A stretch of 20,000 nt of DNA from an uncultured bacterium. GTDB taxonomy: Bacteria > UBA8481. The notes under the pieces were generated by a model. The model saw nothing but the letters and a program-made list of their open reading frames with translations. It ran no database searches and was not told where the DNA came from. The stretch covers positions 56,677 through 76,676 of the forward strand of contig CAZCME010000024.1 in NCBI GenBank assembly GCA_964499705.1, given 5' to 3'. Shown piece by piece: positions 1 to 7,441 of the stretch. Position 1 is the stretch's first letter, and each line of letters begins with the position of its first letter. The position numbers and the translations under genes are program-made.

Positions 1-611
1 AGCTTGTCGGGAGAATCCATGGATCCCGACACATCGATGAGAAAGACGAAGTTGCTGGAGGGAAGTTTCTCGCGCGGAATCTCCTTCCCCTTCAGCCCGA
101 TCCGGACGAGAAGGTGGTCGGCGTTCCAGGGACACGCGGCCGCTTCCGCGTGGATCGCGAACGGGCCTGCTCCTCCCGAGGGGCCGTCGTAGTTGTACGG
201 AAAATAATTGATCAGCTCCTCGATGCGCACCGCGTCGTGGGGCGGCAGCGTGTTCGAGGTGAGAAAACGCCGGACGTTCGCATAGGAAGCTCGATCGACG
301 TCGATGGAGAACGTGGAGAGCGGGTGGACGGTGGCGTCCTGGAAGTCGTTCTCCACGATGCGGGCGTACTGCTCCCTGTCGACTGGCGGCGGACAGACGG
401 CGATCGTGGGCGCGCCTGTAATGTAACACTCCCCGCCGTAAATGCCGCCGGAAAGCGCGGCCTGGTTCTGTCCCATCGTCCCCGTGCCGACCGATGCGGA
501 AAACATGTTTCTCATGGGACCTCCGAGCGCGATGCATCCGCCCACCCCCATCATCGCGGCGAAACAGATCGTGATCCCGATATAAACCGACTTTTTCGTT
601 ACAGAGCTCAT
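1..611 (-). CDS. YfbK-like von Willebrand factor type A domain protein (5' part; runs off window start)
   Basis: Absent from the ORF track; translated by hand from ATG at 611 with GGAGG upstream. MSSVTKKSVYIGITICFAAMMGVGGC... then STFSIDVDRASYANVRRFL...LPPHDAVRIEELINYFPYNY...CPWNADHLLVRIGLKG...NFVFLIDVSGSM (MIDAS DxSxS), typical of the YfbK/vWF_A family. Confidence 0.9.
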   Translation of the reverse strand, partial: MSSVTKKSVYIGITICFAAMMGVGGCIALGGPMRNMFSASVGTGTMGQNQAALSGGIYGGECYITGAPTIAVCPPPVDREQYARIVENDFQDATVHPLSTFSIDVDRASYANVRRFLTSNTLPPHDAVRIEELINYFPYNYDGPSGGAGPFAIHAEAAACPWNADHLLVRIGLKGKEIPREKLPSSNFVFLIDVSGSMDSPDK

Positions 612-689
612 TTTCGTCACCTCCTGCCGCTATGACGGGAACGCCGGAATGATTATTCGAAGATTCGCAGGCCGCTTCCGCCGCATCGC

Positions 690-718
690 TTGACTGTATA
701 CAAACGTATACTTATAAT
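690..718 (+). promoter_or_regulatory. sigma70-type promoter TTGACT-N17-TATAAT with GTATAC-N4-GTATAC operator-like dyad in the spacer
   Basis: -35 at 690-695, -10 at 713-718, GTATAC at 696-701 and 706-711. ATG at 725 follows the -10 after 6 nt with no SD. Confidence 0.75.
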
Positions 719-724
719 TAACTC

Positions 725-1029
725 ATGAGAAATCGCCTTGTCACGCCGGAGCGGATCGCGCTCCTCAAGAAACATGTCCGCGCCCGAGGATCGCTCCCGT
801 CGTTCCGGGAGCTCGTCCGCCTCCTGGACTGCTCCTCGCCCAACACGGCGACGCGCTTCTATAGCGCGCTGGAGAAGCTCGGCTACATCCGCCGGGAGCG
901 GATCGGCGGAACGCGCACGGAACGCGAGACGCTTCTCCCGTCCGCGCTCCTCACCGGCCTCCCCTGCTACGAGAGCATCGCGGCGGGATGGCCGTCGCCG
1001 GCGGAGGATGAACTCTGCGACATCATCAC
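725..1029 (+). CDS. LexA/UmuD-like protein (N-terminal winged HTH plus start of S24 peptidase domain); 3' end lost in assembly gap
   Basis: LexA-like HTH LPSFRELVRLLDCSSPNTATRFYSALEKLGYIRR, followed by SIAAGWPSPAEDE resembling the UmuD/LexA Ala-Gly autocleavage region (AGFPSPA). Confidence 0.8.
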
Positions 1030-1129
1030 NNNNNNNNNNNNNNNNNNNNNNNNNNNNNNNNNNNNNNNNNNNNNNNNNNNNNNNNNNNNNNNNNNNNNNN
1101 NNNNNNNNNNNNNNNNNNNNNNNNNNNNN
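1030..1129. other. Assembly gap (100 N)
   Basis: Run of exactly 100 N, a common placeholder for a gap of unknown size. Confidence 0.99.
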
Positions 1130-2392
1130 GCGCACGTCGACGCCGACGCGTTCTTCGCGTCGGTGGAGCAGGCGATGCATCCGGAGTATCGCGGCAAGCC
1201 GGTCGTGACCGGCAAGGAACGGAACATCGTCGCGGCCGCGTCGTACGAGGCGAAAGCCAAAGGCATCAAAAGGGGCGTCGCGCTCTGGGACGTCAAAAAG
1301 CTCTGCCCGGACTGCATCATCCTCCCGAGCGACTACGAAACCTACTCGATCTATTCGCTCCGGATGTTCTCGATCCTCCGGCGGTACTCCCCCCTCGTGG
1401 AGGAAGCCTCCATCGACGAAGCCTATGTCGACCTGACAGGCGTCGCGCGGTATCACCGGAAGGGATACAAGCGGATCGCAATGGAGATGCAGCGGGCGGT
1501 CCGCGACGAGCTGGGGATCGGGATCTCGATCGGCGTGGGTCTTTCCAAGAGCATCGCGAAACTGGCGTCGAAATACAGAAAGCCCGCCGGCATAACGGCG
1601 GTCTCCTCCGGAATGCGATCGCTCTTCCTGAAGACCCAGAAAGTCGGCAACGTCTGCGGGATCGGCCCGAGCGCGCAGGCGCTATTGGCCAAGCAGGGCA
1701 TCGTGACGGCCGACGACTTCGCGCGCCTTCCGGAAGGACTCGTCAAGCGCATGCTCGGGAAGCTCGGCGTGGAGCTGTGGTTCGAGTTGAACGGCGCGGT
1801 CGTCCGGCCGGTGACGACGGAGGAGACTCCGCCGCGGCAATCGATCATGAAATCGAAGACGTTCGCGCCGCCGTCGCGGGACCGGAACTTCATCCGCGCG
1901 CAATGGATCCGCAACCTCGAATCGGCCTGCATCAAGGCCCGCCGTCACGGACTCCTGGCCTCGCGCGTCGCGCTCTTTCTCCGCAAGAACGATTTCGACC
2001 ACGTCTCCGACGAAGTGAAGCTCATCCAGAAATCCAGCCTCCCGAACCAGGTGATTCCCCTCCTGGACCCGCTCTTCGCGGAGCTCTTCGATCCCCGCAT
2101 CGAGTATCGCGCCACGGGCGTCATCCTCTCCGACCTCGCCTGCGATGCCGGAATCCAGTACAGCCTCTTCGACGACCCCTCTCTGACGGAAAAGAAACGC
2201 GATCTCTACGACGCCGTCGGCGAGCTCGGAGAACGCTACGGCAAGCACACGGTCTCCTCGGGCGCGTCGCTTTATCTGCGGCGGGATAAAAAAACATCGC
2301 GCGCGGACGCTCCGGCGCGGAAGAAGAATCTCCTGAAGGGCGAAACTTTCCGGAGAAGGCTCAACGTGCCCTTGTGGGATGTGAGGTTGTAA
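1130..2392 (+). CDS. dinB: Y-family translesion DNA polymerase (DinB/Pol IV-like); start lies in the gap
   Basis: HVDADAFFASVEQ, AASYEAK, EEASIDEAYVD catalytic motifs, AKLASKYRKPAG, and a C-terminal QYSLFD beta-clamp-binding-like motif. Confidence 0.9.
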   Translation, partial: AHVDADAFFASVEQAMHPEYRGKPVVTGKERNIVAAASYEAKAKGIKRGVALWDVKKLCPDCIILPSDYETYSIYSLRMFSILRRYSPLVEEASIDEAYVDLTGVARYHRKGYKRIAMEMQRAVRDELGIGISIGVGLSKSIAKLASKYRKPAGITAVSSGMRSLFLKTQKVGNVCGIGPSAQALLAKQGIVTADDFARLPEGLVKRMLGKLGVELWFELNGAVVRPVTTEETPPRQSIMKSKTFAPPSRDRNFIRAQWIRNLESACIKARRHGLLASRVALFLRKNDFDHVSDEVKLIQKSSLPNQVIPLLDPLFAELFDPRIEYRATGVILSDLACDAGIQYSLFDDPSLTEKKRDLYDAVGELGERYGKHTVSSGASLYLRRDKKTSRADAPARKKNLLKGETFRRRLNVPLWDVRL

Positions 2393-2420
2393 AACCGGGC
2401 GCATCCACTACCATCCCCGA

Positions 2421-2666
2421 ATGCCGCGCCCCGAACTCGTCCAAGGTCTCATGCGATTCAGCGGAGTCGGAATCGAGTTTGCCGTCTCGGTCGGATTCTT
2501 CACGTGGCTGGGCGTCAAGGGCGACGAGCATTTCAAGAGCGATCCCCTGCTGACGCTGCTGGGTCTCGCGTTCGGTCTCGCGATGGGGTTTATAATGTTG
2601 TACAAGGCCGTGAAGGCGATCCCACGGGAGGTTAAAATAAAAAAAATACATGATCCTCGTCAGTAA
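2421..2666 (+). CDS. AtpZ/AtpI-family small membrane protein of the ATP synthase operon
   Basis: 81 aa, two TM segments (GVGIEFAVSVGFFTWLG..GDEHF..PLLTLLGLAFGLAMGF), first gene of the atp cluster. Confidence 0.75.
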   Translation: MPRPELVQGLMRFSGVGIEFAVSVGFFTWLGVKGDEHFKSDPLLTLLGLAFGLAMGFIMLYKAVKAIPREVKIKKIHDPRQ

Positions 2667-3012
2667 ACTTCTCGGAGGCTTCCTCGCGATCGCGACGCTG
2701 CTCTCCATTCCCCTATGGTCGCACGAATCGTCCACCACCATCATTTCGCTCATGCTTCTCGTCATGGCCGTGGGCGCCCTGGCGGCCGGGCTCATCTTCA
2801 AGGGCCGCGCCTTCGGCACGACCGGCGTCTTCGCGGCCTTCGGCCTGGGGATGCCCCTGAAGCTCCTGGCGCTCGTCGCCGTCTACTTTCACGCCGTCGG
2901 AATGGAAGGCAGCGTCAGCTCCGAAATCGTCTTTGCCATCGCAAGTTTCCTGCTTTTTCACCTCTGGACATCGTACCTCTTTCAGGTATCATCTCACGCG
3001 TTAAAAAAATGA
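2650..3012 (+). CDS. AtpI-like four-TM membrane protein
   Basis: 120 aa hydrophobic protein between the atpZ-like gene and atpB; its TGA overlaps the atpB ATG (ATGA at 3009-3012). Confidence 0.65.
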   Translation: MILVSKLLGGFLAIATLLSIPLWSHESSTTIISLMLLVMAVGALAAGLIFKGRAFGTTGVFAAFGLGMPLKLLALVAVYFHAVGMEGSVSSEIVFAIASFLLFHLWTSYLFQVSSHALKK

Positions 3013-3800
3013 CGTCGGAAGAACTGTTACATCACATCATCAACCAGCGATTCGGACCGATTGTCCCGGTCGGAGCGCTGCACTTCCAGCTCTCGCAGCA
3101 CCTGCTGATGCTCTGGATCGCCGCGGCGTTCGCGATCCTCTTCGTCGCTCTCGCGGCACGGCAGCGCAGGGCGGGCGGAGGGCGGATAGCGGCGGCGGCG
3201 GAGCTCTTCATCCTGGCGGTCCGCGACGGCGTCGTCATGCCGGCCCTCGGACACCACTACGGCCCGAAATACCTGAAATTCTTCCTCTCGATCGCGCTTC
3301 TCATTCTCTTCTCGAATCTCCTCGGCCTCATCCCCGCCGTTCACATCGGTCACTTTGTCCTCGGCGGAACGGCCACGAGCAATTTCTGGATCAACCTCGG
3401 CCTGGCGACGCTGATGTATGTCTTCGGAATCTTCTGCGCGATCCGGGAACATGGCGTGGGTGGATACGTAAAATCGTTTCTGCCCCACGGGATCCCGATT
3501 CTCCTGGCCCCGTTGATCTGGATCATCGAGTTCGCCGGGATCATCATCAAGCACGGAGTCCTCGCAATCCGCCTCACGGCGAACATGATCGCGGGCCACC
3601 TCGTCATCTTCGCGATTCTCGGGATGATCATCATCCTCGGGGAGATGATGCCGTCGTTGAAATACGCGATCGCGGCCGGTCCCGTGCTCCTGGCTCTGGC
3701 GATCTTCATGCTGGAGCTGCTGGTGGCGTTCATCCAGACCGCGGTCTTCACGATTCTTTCGGCGATCTTCTTCGGCATGGCGGTGAATCCCCACCACTGA
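3009..3800 (+). CDS. atpB: F0F1 ATP synthase subunit a
   Basis: Start reassigned to ATG 3009 (MTSEELLHHI). ILFSNLLGLIP, TATSN, IIEF..IIKHGVLAIRLTANMIAGH with the essential Arg, LELLVAFIQTAVFTILS. Confidence 0.95.
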   Translation: MTSEELLHHIINQRFGPIVPVGALHFQLSQHLLMLWIAAAFAILFVALAARQRRAGGGRIAAAAELFILAVRDGVVMPALGHHYGPKYLKFFLSIALLILFSNLLGLIPAVHIGHFVLGGTATSNFWINLGLATLMYVFGIFCAIREHGVGGYVKSFLPHGIPILLAPLIWIIEFAGIIIKHGVLAIRLTANMIAGHLVIFAILGMIIILGEMMPSLKYAIAAGPVLLALAIFMLELLVAFIQTAVFTILSAIFFGMAVNPHH

Positions 3801-3885
3801 TATTGACGATTTACGATTGACGAGGAACGAATTAAGATTGGAAATATGACCCCGCTTCCGCGGGGGAACACTATGGAGGATCAAC

Positions 3886-4137
3886 ATGGATCAGCTGATG
3901 GCAGGAAACGGAATGGCCCTCTTCGGGCTTGGAATCGGAGCGGGCATCACGGTGCTGGGCGCGGCGAAAGGCATCGGCCAGCTCGCGGCATCGGCTCTGG
4001 AAGCGACGGGCCGCCAGCCTGAAGCGGCGGGCAGCATCCAGACGCAGATGATCATCGCGGCCGGTCTCATCGAAGGCTTCACCTTCTTCGCGCTTGCGGC
4101 CATCTGGTTCGGCCTCGCCGCCAAAATCGGCGGTTGA
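3886..4137 (+). CDS. atpE: F0F1 ATP synthase subunit c (likely H+-type)
   Basis: GGAGG SD; Gly-rich helix, RQPEA loop, LIEGFTFF carrying the ion-binding Glu; lacks the Q..ES/T Na+ signature. Confidence 0.96.
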   Translation: MDQLMAGNGMALFGLGIGAGITVLGAAKGIGQLAASALEATGRQPEAAGSIQTQMIIAAGLIEGFTFFALAAIWFGLAAKIGG

Positions 4138-4715
4138 TGCACACGCTTTCCCTCATAGCGTCCGCTCTGACGGCCGCCGCCGAGGCGGCCGCGGAGGCGG
4201 CGGAGGGCGCCCACGGAGCCGACGCTCTGCTGGCTCCCGACCCGACGCTGACGATCGCGACGTGGGTCACCTTCTTTCTCTTCGTGATCCTCATCGGCAA
4301 GTTCGGCTGGGGTCCGCTTGTCGCGGCCCTGGATGCGCGCGAGAAGTCGATCTCCGATAATCTCCAGCGCGCCGAGTCGGGCCGCAGGGAAGCGGAGCAG
4401 CTTCTCGCCACCTATCAGAAAAAGCTCGAAGAGGCCAAGGGCGAAGCGGACGCCCTCATTGTCGCCGCCCGTACACGCTCCGAGGAGGTCGTGCAGAAGA
4501 TGACGACCGAGGCGAAGCATCAGGCGACAGCGATCGCGCAGAAGGCTCAGGAGTCCATCGAAGCGGAACGGCTCCGCGCCGTCACGGAACTCCGCACGAT
4601 CGTCGCGGAGGCCTCGGTCTCCCTGGCCGGCAAGATCCTGCAGGAAGAACTCACTCCCGCCCGCCATACCAGGCTCATCGATTCGGTGGTCGCGGGAATC
4701 GCCACGAAGCGATGA
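4137..4715 (+). CDS. atpF: F0F1 ATP synthase subunit b
   Basis: ATG at 4137 overlaps the atpE stop. TM segment TWVTFFLFVILIGKFGWGPL, then LDAREKSI and a long coiled coil; Ala-rich N-terminal extension. Confidence 0.93.
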   Translation: MHTLSLIASALTAAAEAAAEAAEGAHGADALLAPDPTLTIATWVTFFLFVILIGKFGWGPLVAALDAREKSISDNLQRAESGRREAEQLLATYQKKLEEAKGEADALIVAARTRSEEVVQKMTTEAKHQATAIAQKAQESIEAERLRAVTELRTIVAEASVSLAGKILQEELTPARHTRLIDSVVAGIATKR

Positions 4716-5209
4716 TCCGGAGCCCGCTCCTCGCGCGAAAATACGCCAAGGCCCTCTATGACGCGACGAACGGCAAGGCCGATTTGACGGGCCTGGCCAC
4801 CGCCGCGAAGACAAACCCGGCGGAACTGGCGAGACCCGGGATGTCGCGGGCGGACCTGAATGTGCTCGTGGGCGGAGAACCGAAGTCCCCCGAGATCCGG
4901 AATTTCCTCGGCATTCTGCTCCGGAGGAAACGTCTTCGGCTGCTGCCCGAAATCCTCGACATGTACGAATTGATCGCGGAGGAAGCCGTCGGCGTGAAGC
5001 GCGCGACGGTCACGTCCGCGACGCAGATCGACGCGGCGGGCCGCGCGAGACTGGAGACCACGCTGGCCGCTCTGCACAGCGCGAAGAGTATCAAGCTGGA
5101 TGTCGATGTGAGGCCGGAGATGATCGGCGGCATCATGATCCGTGTCGGAGATCAGCTGGTGGACGGAAGCGTAAAGTCGGTGCTGGAGGATTTCCGCAGC
5201 AGATTTTGA
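4712..5209 (+). CDS. atpH: F0F1 ATP synthase subunit delta
   Basis: LARKYAKAL, NFLGILLRRKRL, ATVTSA, VRPEMIGGIMIRVGDQLVDGSV. Confidence 0.93.
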   Translation: MIRSPLLARKYAKALYDATNGKADLTGLATAAKTNPAELARPGMSRADLNVLVGGEPKSPEIRNFLGILLRRKRLRLLPEILDMYELIAEEAVGVKRATVTSATQIDAAGRARLETTLAALHSAKSIKLDVDVRPEMIGGIMIRVGDQLVDGSVKSVLEDFRSRF

Positions 5210-5216
5210 CAATATT

Positions 5217-5276
5217 TTAACCACGAACCACACGAACATCTTAAAATATTTGTTTTTTCGTGTGGTTCGTGGTTAA
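5217..5276. repeat. Perfect 20-bp inverted repeat (possible terminator or REP-like palindromic element)
   Basis: TTAACCACGAACCACACGAA (5217-5236) and TTCGTGTGGTTCGTGGTTAA (5257-5276) around a 20-nt AT-rich loop, followed by TATTTTT. Confidence 0.85.
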
Positions 5277-5294
5277 TATTTTTAGGAGGCATGT

Positions 5295-5537
5295 ATGACA
5301 GAACCAGTATCAGCCGACACGAAACCCGTAGTCCTGGAACTCGAACCCGGAAATTACGCCTGGTGCGCCTGCGGCAAATCGGCCAACCAGCCATTCTGCG
5401 ACGGCTCACATCGAGGCTCGGGCATCACGCCGATCGCCTTCACCGTCACGGAGAAAAAGAAGGCCGCCTACTGCCTCTGCAAGCACTCCGCCAACAAACC
5501 GTTCTGCGACGGAACGCATAAGACGATCTCGAAATAG
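5295..5537 (+). CDS. CDGSH iron-sulfur domain protein with two CDGSH motifs (MiNT/CISD3-like)
   Basis: AGGAGG SD at 5284-5289; WCACGKSANQPFCDGSH and YCLCKHSANKPFCDGTH. Confidence 0.93.
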   Translation: MTEPVSADTKPVVLELEPGNYAWCACGKSANQPFCDGSHRGSGITPIAFTVTEKKKAAYCLCKHSANKPFCDGTHKTISK

Positions 5538-5620
5538 CTCCTCTCGGAGAAATGCGTCTTTCCTCAGTTTGAACTTTGAGCTTTTCCTTATCCTCAAGCC
5601 GGAAAGCGTTCACCTTGGCT

Positions 5621-5640
5621 AATGATAAGGAGTTATCATT
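5621..5640. promoter_or_regulatory. Fur/Zur-family operator-like palindrome, copy 1
   Basis: AATGATAA-GGAG-TTATCATT, a perfect 8-4-8 dyad just upstream of a -35 element; matches the copy at 13203-13222. Confidence 0.7.
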
Positions 5641-5644
5641 TTAT

Positions 5645-5672
5645 TTGACGATAGGATGATCGCGTGTACAAT
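5645..5672 (+). promoter_or_regulatory. sigma70-type promoter TTGACG-N16-TACAAT
   Basis: -35 at 5645-5650, -10 at 5667-5672, ATG at 5679 six nt later with no SD. Confidence 0.65.
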
Positions 5673-5678
5673 AGTCGC

Positions 5679-5972
5679 ATGCTCAGGCTCGGTCGATTCC
5701 TCCTTCTGCTCGCCATTTTCGTCGCGGCGATGCCGCTTATCCACACGCACGAGCTGGAGGCCGCACGCGGCGATCATGATGCGGAGCGCGACGCGCATGA
5801 GGGGAGCTGCCTTCTTACGGTTCTTCAAAAGTGCTGCGCTCAGCCTGACCTGCCCGCTCTTCTGGCGGACGATCCGGTCTTTCTCTCGTGGATGCCGGTT
5901 GCAGCATTCGCCGATGCCGAAGCCGCGGACATTCTCGATTTTTCCAGCCTCCGTTCTCCGCCTCTCGCCTGA
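5679..5972 (+). CDS. DUF2946/CruR-like His/Cys-containing leader protein ending in RSPP
   Basis: 97 aa: signal-like hydrophobic N-terminus, HTHE..DHD..AHEGSCLLTVLQKCC, C-terminal LRSPPLA*. Lies directly upstream of an outer-membrane metal-uptake gene. Confidence 0.7.
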   Translation: MLRLGRFLLLLAIFVAAMPLIHTHELEAARGDHDAERDAHEGSCLLTVLQKCCAQPDLPALLADDPVFLSWMPVAAFADAEAADILDFSSLRSPPLA

Positions 5973-6052
5973 TTCTCATCATCCACTCATTCCGCGTCTG
6001 ATTGATCCGGCGCTCTTTCGCCGGTTCCGACTTACAGGAGAATCATGCAAAC

Positions 6053-7432
6053 ATGCGTATCATCATCTTTTCCGCGCTCAGCGTTCTGCTCTGCGCGAAT
6101 CCGCTCCCGGTCCTCGCCTTGACGGACCAGGATGCGCGGGAACTCGTCGAAGAAGTGAGATCATTGAGGCGAGCGGTCGAGGACCAGAATCGCCGGATCG
6201 AAGAGCTGGAGGCGAAAGTCGCCGCAGGAGAACCGTCGGGAACGGAGGCGCCGACGCCCGAATCGCTCGGAGATGCCGGCCCGGCAGCCTCGACGCCATC
6301 CACGCCATCGGCGGGCAGCGTCGTCGGAGCGCGGCAGGCAGCTCAGCCGCAGATCGGTGTCGTCTTTGACGGCACTTACACGGCCGGAAAAAACGTCGCG
6401 GATGAAGCTCAGCTCCGCGCGATCGAGCTGAACGTCGGCGCTCCCATCGATCCCTATTTCGATCTCTTCGGCAAGCTCGTCTTCTCCGCGGATAACTCCG
6501 CCGCCTCCCCGCCGGAAGCGGCCGTCGAAAACGCCTACATCACCGCGCATCTTCCGCTCAATCTCGAGGCGCGCTTCGGGCTCGAATGGATTCCCTTCGG
6601 CGACGTCGGCACGCTCGACATCGACGAGCATCCTCAGGTGGACCAGCCACATGCCATCGCGCAATTCCTCGGTGGCGAGGGATTGAAAGCGATCGGCGGC
6701 CACGTCGAGTGGCTCGCTCCGTTCGCCGCAAATCCGACGCTCTCGCTCACCATCGGCGCGTACAACCGCGCGACGGGCGACGCGAACACGACTGCATCCG
6801 ACAAGGACGGCGACGGTGCGCCCGACGCGCCCGACATGTTTCTCGACGAGGGAGCGTTCAACGTCCGCGACCGCGAGCGGGGTCCGCTCTGGTTCGGCCG
6901 CGCCGCTTCATACTACGAATGGGACGCAGGCCACCATGCGATCCGCGTGGGCGGCTCGTATCTCTCGGACGAAAATGACGCAAGCGGAGCGACGCGAACG
7001 TCCGTCGCGGGGCTCGACGCGAAATACCGATGGCGGCCCGACGCCACCGGCCGCGGGATCACTTTCGCAGGAGAATATCTCCATCATCGCCGCCAGGAAT
7101 CGCCGACGACGCTCTTTCTCGCCAATGGGGGCAATGACCTGTCCAACGGAGGCGGCTACGTCTATGGACAGTATGATTTCGACAAGCGCTGGGGGCTCGG
7201 TTACCGCTACGACAACACCAACACGGCCTTCTCCGCCGCAAGCGAGATCGCGGCCCATTCCGTGTACGGCGAATATCGTCCGACGGAGTTTTCCCGCCTC
7301 CGCGCCCAGTATCGCCATGACGATCGCAACTTCGACGCCACGGCGAACGGCTTGAGGACCGACGACGACGCCGACGTTTTCCTGCTCCAGTTCACGCATT
7401 TCATCGGCTGGCATCCGGCTCACAAATTCTAG
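6053..7432 (+). CDS. Putative outer-membrane beta-barrel metal-uptake protein (porin-like or zinc-regulated receptor-like)
   Basis: Signal peptide, N-terminal coiled coil, amphipathic beta strands (ELNVGAPIDPYF, GGYVYGQYDF..RWGLGYRYD, PTEFSRLRAQY) and C-terminal IGWHPAHKF. First in-frame ATG after the AGGAG at 6036-6040. Confidence 0.75.
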   Translation: MRIIIFSALSVLLCANPLPVLALTDQDARELVEEVRSLRRAVEDQNRRIEELEAKVAAGEPSGTEAPTPESLGDAGPAASTPSTPSAGSVVGARQAAQPQIGVVFDGTYTAGKNVADEAQLRAIELNVGAPIDPYFDLFGKLVFSADNSAASPPEAAVENAYITAHLPLNLEARFGLEWIPFGDVGTLDIDEHPQVDQPHAIAQFLGGEGLKAIGGHVEWLAPFAANPTLSLTIGAYNRATGDANTTASDKDGDGAPDAPDMFLDEGAFNVRDRERGPLWFGRAASYYEWDAGHHAIRVGGSYLSDENDASGATRTSVAGLDAKYRWRPDATGRGITFAGEYLHHRRQESPTTLFLANGGNDLSNGGGYVYGQYDFDKRWGLGYRYDNTNTAFSAASEIAAHSVYGEYRPTEFSRLRAQYRHDDRNFDATANGLRTDDDADVFLLQFTHFIGWHPAHKF

Positions 7433-7441
7433 GAGGCTATC

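Noticed and set aside
725-2392. 555-aa LexA-DinB fusion protein in the ORF track
   Set aside because: The join runs through a 100-N placeholder gap too short to hold the missing S24 peptidase domain. The shared frame may be coincidence; two genes are more likely, though a fusion cannot be excluded until the gap is closed.
2715-3008. His-rich N-terminal extension of AtpB (MVARIVHHHH...)
   Set aside because: Alternate-frame read of the atpI-like gene; AtpB similarity begins at ATG 3009.
3886-4137. Na+-translocating or N-type ATPase
   Set aside because: Subunit c lacks the Na+-binding signature, and the gene order with a separate delta and no atpR is not the N-ATPase layout.
5217-5276. CRISPR array
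   Set aside because: Only one inverted pair, with no repeat-spacer periodicity and no cas genes.
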